A program made the translations under genes and the position numbers. A stretch of DNA of 63,955 bases, counting the filler, from Reticulomyxa filosa (taxonomy: Eukaryota > Protista > Foraminifera), in NCBI GenBank assembly GCA_000512085.1. It is 24 parts of 24 records of this genome, joined end to end, with 100 filler letters (N's around TTAATTAATTAA, not from the genome) between each part and the next. Parts side by side here need not be neighbours in the genome. Positions count along the whole stretch, not along the records: positions 51,252 to 55,709 come from ASPP01046593.1; positions 55,810 to 57,595 come from ASPP01011348.1; positions 57,696 to 58,708 come from ASPP01014168.1; positions 58,809 to 59,847 come from ASPP01017283.1; positions 59,948 to 63,955 come from ASPP01041364.1; 19 more parts are not named here. One strand, written 5' to 3'. This document shows, piece by piece, positions 52,955 to 63,955 of this stretch (the stretch's first letter is position 1; the number at the start of each line of letters is the position of its first letter). The notes beneath the pieces were generated by a model. That model was not told where the DNA came from. It worked only from the letters and a program-made list of their open reading frames with translations, and ran no database searches.

Positions 52955-54665
52955 TCACACTCCAAAGAATTTTAATTCATTAACGACGAAATGAGACGAG
53001 CTCCCCCAATTACACTCGAACGTGATTTTGACAAACTTAATGCTATTTTCAGTGGCATGATTGCAATTTAATTTAAAAATTTGCATTTGTTGTATTTTTT
53101 CCACAGAAATAGGATTTGGTTGGCATTCAACCACTCATTTTGTCAGCGCTCTCACTGTATTCTATCTTCATTTCTTTCACTCCCATATCATCACCTCTGC
53201 ATCTGATATGCACATATGTCAACAGATGAATATTCATTTCATTACTACACTCAAACACAATCCAATCATCTGCAGTGCGATTGCTTGCATAATATGACTC
53301 ATCAGATTTAAATAAATTATTAGGGTGATAGGACGAATAATAGCCTTTGAAGGTTGAAGTAGTGATAGAAAGTGAGGGATCTGACATTGTTGTATTCATT
53401 ACGAGATTGGCAACATTGCTGAACTGGGAATGATCGCGCAAACGCATACGAAATTTACACTTGAAATTGTCCGAAATGAGTTGTTGTTGTATTTTAAATT
53501 TGGAATATTTCTTATTATTACACATGGCAACATTTGTGTCAATTTCAGCAATTTTTTCCCATTCCCGATCTTCCATTTTTCCCATTTCAATCTCATACAC
53601 TCCTTTCTCTTCTTCCTCTTTCCATTCTGTGGATCTGGTTTCAGTCCATTCAAGCCATACCGTCAAGTTGTCAAAAGTATACACATAAGCTTTCTTCAGC
53701 TCAATTTTTACATCATCGATGATTGCAATTGCACTTGACAATGTCTTTTTATATTAAATTATCATATATTATACGTAGGTAAATATAATTATTTAATATT
53801 TGAAAAAAAACAAACAAACACATACAACATGCAAGGAGGACGACAAAGTAGTAGCAGAGATGGCGACCGCATTTGTAGTGAGAAACAGATATTGAGAAAT
53901 AGAAGAAGAGGAGGGGATTGCACAATTGTGCAAGAAATTAGCAATAGTGGATCGACGTTGGGTGATATCTAAACTGGGATCATTCATTAACGATGACAAG
54001 TGATCGATCGTTTGTTTGGATTGCAATTCTTGTTGGGCCATTGTGGAAAGGATCGTTTGTAATTGTTCACTTTTTTGCTGTTGCTTTTTTTGTAACTGCG
54101 CGATTGTCTCTTGCACAAATTTATCAATCCCTTGTTCTAACTCTTTCCCCACTTGCACCACTTGTTCTTTCGATTTTTGCGTGTTTTCTTCCAATAAACA
54201 AATATATTGCTGCAATTCTTTTATTCGCTGTCCTACTTGCTTTGATTGCTCATATAACTCGTTCATTTTCTCCAATTCGCTTGCATTCAATAATATCAGC
54301 TGCGGCTGCTGTATTTTGCTCTGGCTCTCTTTGCACATGTGCGAGTTCGGAGTATTTCGTAAAACATCCAACAAGTCCACTCGACTTAGTACTGATACAT
54401 TTGCTTCTTTGCAAATATCTCTTTTTTTTTTTTTTATGTTCAATAATGATTCACATAAAATAATCAATAATAAAAAAGCTAAACAAAACTCAATATCTTT
54501 TTCTCGACATTTCATTAGATCTTTGTAGTACACTCCCATGGACGCAAACACGTCTGCGAGCTTTTCAGCATTTCGTACATTATTGGTTTTGAAATACTCT
54601 TCCAATCCCTTCCTTGTTTTGGTAATGTCTTCTTCTCCTTCCTGGCTCGTTTGTTGCCAGCTCAT
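52955..54665 (-). CDS. SAM-like + coiled coil + FN3-like + discoidin/F5-8C-like domain protein
   Basis: N-terminal LEEYF...LADVFASMGVYYKDLMKCREKDIE|DICKEANV (SAM-like), heptad Q/E region, VWLEW...YEIEM...KFRMRL...SQFS (FN3-like), YHPNNL...YYAS...DWIVF, and after a frameshift near 53130 FVKITFECNWG...VNELKFFGV* (discoidin-like). Confidence 0.65.
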
Positions 54666-56106
54666 CTAACAACTTTCTGGATTGCTTTTTCTTTGGTCGT
54701 CCCTTCTTTTCTAAAAACTATCAAACGTAATACAATTAACAATAGTATCACCACTAAAAGGCAATTTTATATTTAAAATATCAAAGATAAGCAACAATTG
54801 AATATATTCAACGAATTTACTGAGTGGGTTAGCAGTGTTAAATTTTCAAGATTACGGAATACGTGTCTTAAATTTGTATCATTGAAAATGAAATAAAAAA
54901 ACAAATAGTGCTAATTTATGTATGGGATCTCATTCGTGTTTTGAAAATAAATACAAATGAGTGATTTTTTTGGAATTTGTTAACTGAAAAGGTATGTCTT
55001 GTTGAATGAGCTTGTTTGCTAACAATTCTCCATTTATTAATTTAATTTGCTGGGGTATTGTTTCAGTCCAAAAATGTTCGTTAAAAGTTTTGTTTTGTGC
55101 GGCTTTTTCCCGTCATCTACTTAGTCAATTCAATCAATTCCAAACCCACTGAACTATTATTACTTGCAGTTGAATTATATTTTCTGCAATGCCTTCGTTT
55201 TTGTCTTTTTTTTTAAGAAAAGAATTTAGCAAAAAACAGATTTGAGCAAAAATTTTTTCATTAAACGAACAAATTTATGATCACATTGAAGAATGATGCG
55301 TACATTATTGCCAATTACAATATCGTCATTTTTAACATATACATTTATGTATTGATATGCCTGTTACCAGAAAAAAAGTTTAATATTTTTAATTTGTTTG
55401 AGTTATTCAGTGTTAATTATCTGTTGTGATTCCAGAATTTGAAAGAAGTCATTAAGTGAAAATTGTTAATATTTGTGGTTATCTTTTTCCAATACTAGCA
55501 AAAAATCAATTATACAAAGACATTACATTGACATAAGTTTGATTGTAACATATAAGTAATTTAAATGTTATATCTGAACATGTATTGAAAATAAGAAATT
55601 TTTAAATCTTTTTGTTTTCATTTTAGGAATCTTCAAGTCACGTATATACTTTTAAAAAAAGAATTAGCCTTGTATCTTTCGTAGTTTTTAACAAAATTTT
55701 GAAATTTTTNNNNNNNNNNNNNNNNNNNNNNNNNNNNNNNNNNNNNNNNNNNNTTAATTAATTAANNNNNNNNNNNNNNNNNNNNNNNNNNNNNNNNNNN
55801 NNNNNNNNNCAAAAGAAGAGTTTGTTGGAAGAGTAAAGGGGGGAAAAAAAAAAATGATGTTGTGATACAAATAATGAATTTGAATTATTTTTATTGCAAT
55901 AACGCCCATTTTTAATTTATTTGATGAAATCTTTTGGATTATGTTTTTAACAAAACAATATGAGCACAAACACGGTACTAATTCTATTGGAATTAAAATG
56001 CAGAATTGACTGACTATGGAATTAACTATTCCAGCCCGAGAAAGAAAAAAATCAAGGGACGCTTTTTTTTTGAATAAATTAGTTGTGAATAATATTGAAT
56101 AAAGGA

Positions 56107-57361
56107 ATGTCAGAAGTGACAGAAAAAACGACCGTTGCACTGCATATAACTTCAAAATTTGATGAGAAGGTAAAGCGAATAACGAGTTTATGTGCAACAG
56201 ATTCAACACTAAAAGGAAAAGAAAAAAGCCAATTATGGCAAGTGATAAGCGACTTTGACCATACATTGACACATCCGGAATCGAATATGTGTCACAACAT
56301 GATATCAGAGTTGTGTCCAAACGAAAACTTGCAAAAAGTGACAAAGCAGTTACTAGTGGATTGTCGCCAAGCCAATGTGCATAAAGGCCACTTTTGGGAA
56401 CAGTTCCACACGGCACTACTGGAACACAAGTTTGAGAAATGGATGATCGACCACATAATGGACAAGACAATATTATATCTCCGAGATTTCGTGAAAGAGA
56501 TATTTGTATATTGCGGCCAGCAAAAGATTCCAATATTGGTTATTTCGGCAGGTATCGAAAATATCATCGAGCAATTTTTATGGAACGAAGGATTGCTGTT
56601 GGAACATGTAAAGCTATTTTCCAATCGATTGGTATTTGAAGATGACAAGCACATACAAAGTGCGTCCTCACTAAGGTTTACATTATTTTATTACGTTACC
56701 GTTATATAAATAAATATGCCCACGTATACATATGTACATATATAAATATATATGCATATATGTTTATGCATATGCATACAACTTATAGCCTTTCTCGATT
56801 GAAGAGTGACGATGGCAAAGGACTGATTGAAAATATTACACTCGATTCACTGTTCGAATCTGTGGCCGTATTGGAGAAGGAGGAAGAGGAGGAGATCCAA
56901 AATATAAAGCTGAAGAATGACAATGAAGAAAAAAAGATGATGACGAAGGGGAGATAATGAAAGCTGCTACGAAAGAAGATAGTGTACTGAACAGGAGCAA
57001 GATTGTTGGAATGGGCCCTTTGGTTCATGGATACAATAAACATGAGATATACACGCTTTGCGAAAACTATTTCCATAGTCACGAGGAAATGAATGGACGA
57101 TGCTTCGCTCTTTGCTTAGGAGATTCCATCACTGATTGCGATGTAATGAAAAATATACCTCATATTCGTGAATGCATTTATGTTGGATTTTTGACTAAAA
57201 ATATCGATGCACAATTACATAATTATTTGCAAGCTTTCGATGTTGTCATTGTCCAACAAAATGCTAGCATGGAATTTGTTCTTGATTTGTTACGTTTCTT
57301 GTTGGAAGATTCTTCCAACAAATCATCATTTTCTGATAAATGGATTAACAAAACAAAATAA
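56107..57361 (+). CDS. NT5C3: Cytosolic 5'-nucleotidase III (pyrimidine/m7GMP 5'-nucleotidase, HAD family)
   Basis: VISDFDHTLT (HAD motif I), LVISAGI (II), PLVHGYNK (III), LGDSITD (IV), then VGFL...YLQAFDVVIV. Intron 56676-56788. -1 frameshift in the A-run at about 56930. Confidence 0.9.
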
Positions 57362-57909
57362 TTTTTTTCAAAATATCTTTTTTTTTTTTAAATGAAAAAC
57401 AGTTTTACCGTTTCTGAATACCAAAATAATGCGACGTTCGCTATTTCCAATCTTATCACAGTTAAAACAAACGGCAACTGGAAAAACCAACTAAACAGAG
57501 GGCCTCGTTCACATTTTTTAATCTCGAAATTAATCCATCAAATTGCAATCATCCATTAATTACAATCACACCACAATCCAATATTGCATAATGACNNNNN
57601 NNNNNNNNNNNNNNNNNNNNNNNNNNNNNNNNNNNNNNNTTAATTAATTAANNNNNNNNNNNNNNNNNNNNNNNNNNNNNNNNNNNNNNNNNNNNGTTAT
57701 ATTGTGCAATTTCCATCGTTTTGTCAGCACTTAACCTCCAATGTTAGATTACACAATTTTTAAATACTATAGATCACTAAAAGTTGTGTGATATTAATGA
57801 AAAGAAGCCACTGGGTTTTATTACACAAAGATGACTTACATTTTCTTGGGTGGTACTCGTTCTTTTTTTCTTTCTATCTTTTGTTAGTGTTTATAAAACT
57901 TCTTTTGCG

Positions 57910-58708
57910 ATGGCAGAAGAAAATCCAGGAAAAGAAGAAATAAGAGAGTTTCTGAAAATCTTGAGACCAGAAAATATTGAAAATGTATTGAATGCACTCT
58001 ACGACGACGCACAGTGTGACGAAATGGAGTGTGTGATTAATCAGGATTCTGATGAATGGAAAAGCGTTTTCAAGAATGCGAAGCTGGTTGTGGCTCAACA
58101 AAGAAAGCTCTTGAGTGAAGTGAACAAGTTGCGTAAAAGCAATAAAATGGATCCACTTTCCATGAAAGACAGTGTTTGGAATAATACATCAAAGTTAAAT
58201 AAAAAAAAACAGAGTCATATTTAGTCAAAAAGATTGGGAGGTTTTAAAAAATTTTTTGTTGATTATTTCGAATGATAGTATTCAAGCACAATATAAAAAC
58301 ACATCCATGTGATTATCCTTCTTTTGCTTGTGTTTTTTTTAAATAAGTATTCCGACAGATACATCCACAGTTGAATCGCTCGTGATGGAATCACCGACCC
58401 AAACCACTTCCAAGTATGTTTCATAGATACGTACATATGTATTTATATGGCTACATGATCAAAACATAAAACACGAAATGGATTTTAGCGACACGACAAG
58501 GGATAACGAAGACGAGAAAAACGCGAATGTTATGCCTACTCAGAAAAAAGTTGAATTTACAAGAATTTTTGACGTGAGTGCATTCTCATCAAACTGCTCA
58601 TTTTTAATAAACGTAAGCCTACAAACGTGTATGCATTTTTTTTTTTTGTTTAGTGTCATGGCAAATTTTTTACATATATATCTTCCTTTTCAGAATGAAC
58701 TAGTAGAA
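57910..58708 (+). CDS. 5' exons of a protein with N-terminal SAM-like domain
   Basis: MAEENPGKEEIREFLKIL...VLNALYDDAQCDEMECVINQDSDEWKSVF..L...QRKLLSEV shows a SAM-like pattern. Short downstream exons follow. Confidence 0.5.
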
Positions 58709-58825
58709 NNNNNNNNNNNNNNNNNNNNNNNNNNNNNNNNNNNNNNNNNNNNTTAATTAATTAANNNNNNNNNNNNNNNNNNNNNNNNNNNNNNNNNNNN
58801 NNNNNNNNAAAAAAAAAAAAAAAAG

Positions 58826-59777
58826 ATACAATGCTCAAAATAATGGACCAACTGAGATATTGGAGTTGATGGAAGAATTAGGTCGACAGCACTTGGAACG
58901 TGAGAAACAGCTGCGACAGATACAAAAGGGCTACGAAGATGACAGCGACGACATAAACTTTAGTGCGCTGTTTGGGACGACGCCGGGATTGCCGGAGATG
59001 AGCTCGACGGTGTCGACGATGACGAGACAGGAACGCGAAGCGCAGATCACTCGCAATGTCCGCCATGGAGGTGCGCTGACGCTGACTCCGGTCCATAGCG
59101 AGCAGTTGCCTTCCAATCTCAGTGGCAGCGACGAGGATGAGGATGAAGAGCAGAGACAGAGACGAAAGCAAAAACAAAAACAAAAACAAGAGCAATCCCA
59201 AAGGACTGACGCTGACGTAGACATAGATGTGAACGTGGCCGACGATGGAAATGACGGTGATGCCGATGACGATGACAATGACAACGATGACGATAGTGAT
59301 GATGAGTTGTACATTGGCGCAGAAACGCAATCCGAGGTGGACATTTTAAAAAAAGTGGCGACACAATCCGAGGTGGACATGTTGAAAAAAGCAGAAACCA
59401 TCGATTTCACTACCTCTGACAATGACGACAAACGCGACTTCATTCATATACATCAACCCTCGTTTGTCAAAAAAACCAGCTCACCGACGATCACACACCA
59501 CGCTTCCAGTCTTGTCAAAGTCAGCGTCCCTCAACTGCCATCGCAAATCGATTTGACCGATGACCTTTACGCTCTCAACGATCCCGCCGCCGAGCCGGAT
59601 TTGGACTTTTGTGAAATGCTTCCAGATGTCCCAATCGAAAGGGTCTCCGCTCGCGGGCTCAAGTCACAAACCCAAGTCGCAAGTCTGCTGTCGAGGCATC
59701 CACACCTCCACATGCTACCCCTTTGCTCAATCACAATAATAACACTATTTCGTCTCTACAAAACTCGATTAATTTAG
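58826..59777 (+). CDS. Acidic low-complexity hypothetical protein, internal exon
   Basis: 305-codon GC-richer ORF flanked by A-rich and (TA)n intron-like ends. Confidence 0.65.
59325..59396 (+). repeat. 36-bp in-frame tandem duplication (TQSEVDxLKKxx x2)
   Basis: Directly visible. Confidence 0.85.
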
Positions 59778-60704
59778 GTTCAATCATAGGATCAAAAATA
59801 AATAAATAAATAAATACATATATATATATATATATATATGTATATATNNNNNNNNNNNNNNNNNNNNNNNNNNNNNNNNNNNNNNNNNNNNTTAATTAAT
59901 TAANNNNNNNNNNNNNNNNNNNNNNNNNNNNNNNNNNNNNNNNNNNNTACTCCATTTTTTGAAATAGAAACGTCGTTTTTGTCTCTATTCCCCCCTTTTG
60001 TTTTTTCTCGCACAAGTGATCATATATGATCGAAAACAGTCTAAAATCACATAACACTGAATTATATTATCGCAATATTTTTGGGTAATTTGATTGCATT
60101 ATAGAAATAAATCGATATCTGGTGACAACGACATACAGTATAATTCTGTAATTTTTAAATAAAGTTGTTGAAAAATTTGATATTAAATAGAAAATTAAAA
60201 CTATTTTTTCAATTTTAGCGTGTTATATTATATCTTTTAAACTGAAAATGTTTGGTTAAGCGTTGTTTTTCAAGGAGACAGTCAACAATCTCTACAAGAT
60301 CCTGGGAATAGTGAAACTAAGTGTAATACGAAGGAATTTAGTTCCGAGTACAACAAGATAATATTTTGTGTATTAGCTTTTTTTATTCTACTGCAAAAGG
60401 AAATAGCAGTAGTGGATAACAATAAAGCAATGAGCAATCGAATACCTCACGTCCTCCCATTGTAAAAGTGTAAAGATTGTTGTATTATTTGTGAATTGGG
60501 ATCGATTTGAAACGTTTTAAATCTGATTAGCTTTGTTGTAAAAAAAAGTACAAAGGCGTACACAGGTCTTTGAAACCAGCTTTTTTGGAGTTTTTCTGTT
60601 TTTTTGAAATTTACATTTATGTCAAGTATGTGCTAAAAATAATCTAAACTACAAATAATAAAAGTTTTATCATTTTGTTTTTTTTGTTGAAAAAAGTCAA
60701 AAAT

Positions 60705-63302
60705 ATGAGCGGTAAGCACGGCTGCCAAGAGGCCGATCAGTCGACTTCACGCGGGACGGTTACTACATACTTCTCGAATAACACAAATTCACAATTGGAT
60801 GGACAGATGGGAGCATTTACTGTGCAGGACTACTCGCAGGTGTTGTGATGCGTGCGAATGTACACAAACTATTTTATTTTTTTTGTGTGTTGTAACTTCC
60901 AAATAGCATATTTCAATGTCTGCCGCTCAAGATAACGAGAAAGTTTTGTTTTTCAAACGACATTTTTCAGACACGTACCCCTTTTTCTCATGTCCCTTTA
61001 TTCTTTCCCCCTTCAAAAAAAACTTTTTGACAAAGTATTGTGTTTAAATGTGCCTTCCATTCAATTGAAAAGACACCTGAACAATCCATTGGAAGCGCGA
61101 TCACTCAACAATCTGAAGAGGTGCGTAAACCGTCCATTGTAAGCGAGACCACTCAACAATCTGAAGAGGTGCGTAAACCATCCATTGTAAGCGAGGCCCC
61201 TCAACAATCTGAAGGGGTGTGTGAACAATAACTTCACGCTGCTGTTCTTTGTGTTAGTTTTTTCATTGAAAGCGTACTCATTAAACTATTCGAATAATAC
61301 ACAGGGTCTAGAGATATCATGGGCCCATTCTAACGTCTATATAACAAGAGTGTTTGCTCAACATTTAACCAAAGTTGTGTCATATATTTTGTCTATTTTT
61401 AAAATCTTATTTGTACTTCTTTTTTCTACGTAAAGAGTATGAGGAAAAAACAAGTAGAACAAGAAAGAACATAACATACACTTGTGGAAACAGACTTCAT
61501 CATCCAAACCAACCCCAGAATCAGAAGGACAATTGAAACGAGACAAAGAAGAGAAACAAGAAGAGATAGAGAAACAAAAACAAAAGGAAAAAAGAAGAAG
61601 AAAGGAGAAAGAGAAAGAGAAAAAGAAATAGAAAGAGAAAGAAAAAGAGAAGAGAAAGAAAAAGAGAAAGAGAGACAAAAACAAAAGAGAAAAAAGGAGA
61701 AGGAAAGAGAAAGAAAAAGAAAAGAGAAAGAAAAAGAGAAAGAGAGACAAAAACAAAAGAGAAAAAAGGAGAAGGAAAGAGAAGAGAAACAAAAAAAGAT
61801 GGAGAAAAAGAAACAAAAAAAGATGGAGAAAAAGGAACAAAAAGAGAAAAAATATGAGGAAGAATCAGTGTCAAAATCACAAGCCAAACAACCAGTACCA
61901 GAACCAGAAAGACAATTAAATGTAACCTTTTTTCAATCTTTCAAAAAGCTAGTTTCTTTAAATTTTTATTGTATTTATTGTTGTAATTTATGATCAAATC
62001 AGCCAGCAGATCGTATGTCAAGTACTATCAGCTGTTGTGCTCGACAAGAATTCGGGTTCAATAATTTCCCCACTGATATTAGTCACATTATTACCGAATA
62101 TGTTTGTATTTTTGTTTTATTGTGTTGTTTTGCTTATTGTTTTTTTCGTTTGGCTGCATATCAAAATGGCCAAATGTTTATTCATAAATCACTATTTAAT
62201 ACAGGCGTTCCAGCCCACGCTCTGTACCTTTTTGGAGTCTACAAAATACGTGACACTCGATAAACACAAAAATATGGTGAGTGGTATTGATTGTTCATCT
62301 GAAAGTGGTGCACTCACTTGTTTTGCATCAATTGATGGGCAAATATCTATATTGCATGAACAGGACAATGGACAAGCTCAATTATTCCAAAAAAAAAAAA
62401 TCTGGTCCACGGATCAGAAAAAAATAGAGAAGGGTATTGACGTGAAAATTTCACCATATCATTATTATGAGGATCGTAAAGTCATTGCCTATACAGAAAA
62501 TGGCAATTTTATTCATCTTTTGGACGTGGTACACATGCAACGATTTCGAACATTTGATGGACACACAGGTCATGTTAATACGATTGAATTTTCGTCATTT
62601 AATAATGGCAAATTTTTGCTTTCGGGATCTGTTGATAACACTACTCGTTTATGGGATGTCGAAACATCCCAACTAATGCATACTTTTAAAGGACATGAAG
62701 GATCTGTCAGTTGTGTGGGCTTTTCATATTTGCAAAGCAATAACAACATTGATAAGAGTAATAATATTAGTATAATTGGTGGTAATGGATATACGATGTC
62801 TTCTGGGTCACATGATAAAACCCTCTGTACATGGGATATTGAAACAGCTAAAAAAATAACTACATTCAAACATGAACATCAAGTAAAAAGTATAAAATAT
62901 GGATCAAACGAATCAGGAATTATTGGTGCAAATGCAATATCATCTGGATCAGCAGATAAAACTGTTCGTTTGTGGGATATTCGAGAGGGTAAACAAATTC
63001 AAACATTTGATGGGCATAAAGATTGGGTGACAAGTGTCGACCATCCACCATTTAGAATAAATAGTAGTGAAATTGATATTGATTCAGATGTAATTTGTTC
63101 TGCATCATTGGATAATACAATTCGTTTTTGGGATCCTCGATCAAATAAGAAACAATTACATATAATTGAGGGAAACCACGAAGATTCTGGAATTACGTGT
63201 CTTAAATTCACACTTTTTAAAAAGAAAAGCAAGTGTAATGACCTAGTAATGGGTGTTAATATGTTGTACGGTTCTTTAAATGGTTATATTCGTATGTGGT
63301 AA
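60705..63302 (+). CDS. WD40 repeat protein with repeat-rich N-terminal extension
   Basis: Clear WD40 units at 62204-63302 (GHTGHV...SGSVDNTTRLWD etc.), same family as 6025-7203. Upstream small exons from the ATG at 60705 and a K/E-rich exon are inferred. Confidence 0.8.
61085..61225 (+). repeat. 48-bp coding tandem repeat (TQQSEEVRKPSIVSEx) x about 3
   Basis: Units start at 61103, 61151 and 61199. Confidence 0.9.
61630..61835 (+). repeat. Purine-rich K/E/R coding repeats (72-bp x2, then 24-bp x2)
   Basis: KEKEKERQKQKRKKEKER twice and KQKKMEKK twice. Confidence 0.8.
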
Positions 63303-63955
63303 TCTTTTTTTTCCAAAAAATGTGTTGACAGTTTGATTATGATTTCCAAAAATGTGCCTTTATCATGAAAAAATACAAATATTTGTGGTGTTTTTTGTAA
63401 AAAGATGATACCATTATCACATATGACAAATGGTGTCTTGTCAGAAATGTTTTTCTGGCCAATGCAATATATAGTGCAATGAAAATGTTATATGATTATA
63501 TAACCAAAAAAAATAAAATTAAATTTTGGAATGATAATGTGGAAATTATTTTATTTTGCGTTTTTTATGTGTGTTGACAAGTGCACATTGTCTTTTTGGT
63601 TTTATTTTGTTACTAAATTGTAAAAAAATGAAAAACATTTGAAAATGCACAAATATTGAAAAATGTTAATTTTCAAACATAAAATTGATTGTCGTCATTT
63701 TCGTGTTTCATGATCTTTTGTCACTACATATACATATATTCTAACTAGTGATCTCTGTTATCACATTCTTTAAATCCCTAAATTTATATTGTGGCTAATT
63801 TCCATTTGATATATCATTTATCACATTGATTTAAATCTTTATCACCTATTATGTCTAGATATGTAATTATATTTGATAAAAAAAAAAGATATTGCTGATA
63901 AAGATTAGTTATTTCTTCCCCTTGTACAACGTTTGGATCTTAAAACTGCTGATAA

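Noticed and set aside
18521-57361. DcpS (makes m7GMP) and NT5C3 (can dephosphorylate m7GMP) in one window, suggesting a cap-catabolism cluster
   Set aside because: They are on different contigs separated by many spacers, so there is no evidence of linkage.
11160-59903. TTAATTAATTAA palindrome repeated 23 times
   Set aside because: It is always centred in 44+44 Ns. This is an artificial six-frame-stop linker, not a biological repeat or CRISPR. ORFs ending in XXX-LIN are artefacts.
61085-61225. Regular 48-bp repeats as a possible CRISPR-like array
   Set aside because: There are no unique spacers. It is an in-frame coding tandem repeat in a eukaryote.
61358-61887. Phe/Leu/Ser-rich minus-strand ORFs resembling membrane proteins
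   Set aside because: Antisense of the purine-rich K/E/R exon.

Overview
This is not one locus. It is a concatenation of 24 short contigs of an AT-rich, intron-containing eukaryotic genome, joined by 23 identical artificial 100-nt spacers (N44-TTAATTAATTAA-N44), so gene neighbourhood only has meaning within a contig. The gene families point to a foraminiferan, probably Reticulomyxa filosa or a relative (inference): type-2-like divergent beta-tubulin, expanded WD40 and Kelch-like families, and many pseudogene remnants. Recognisable genes: a protein with a spliced C-terminal UBR-type zinc finger, Kelch-like propellers, two tandem RING-like/TRAF-zinc-finger/coiled-coil/WD40 genes, an RGS C-terminus, a divergent DcpS, HEATR5/Laa1, a class I-like PI3K N-terminal half, the 5' part of a CRE-clade non-LTR retrotransposon, a non-RD kinase, a PPR-like protein, a WWE-domain protein, several SAM-like proteins, a divergent beta-tubulin, an NT5C3-type nucleotidase and another WD40 gene. 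Many ORFs are broken by single-base (mostly -1) frameshifts in homopolymers, which are probably sequencing errors. I found no rRNA, tRNA or CRISPR array, and no multi-gene novel system can be supported. The best leads are the CRE retroelement, the altered DcpS and beta-tubulin, a possible ADP-ribosyltransferase-fold orphan, a repeated WD40 plus convergent-gene unit, and unusual intron grammar (GTT donors, A-rich 3' ends).
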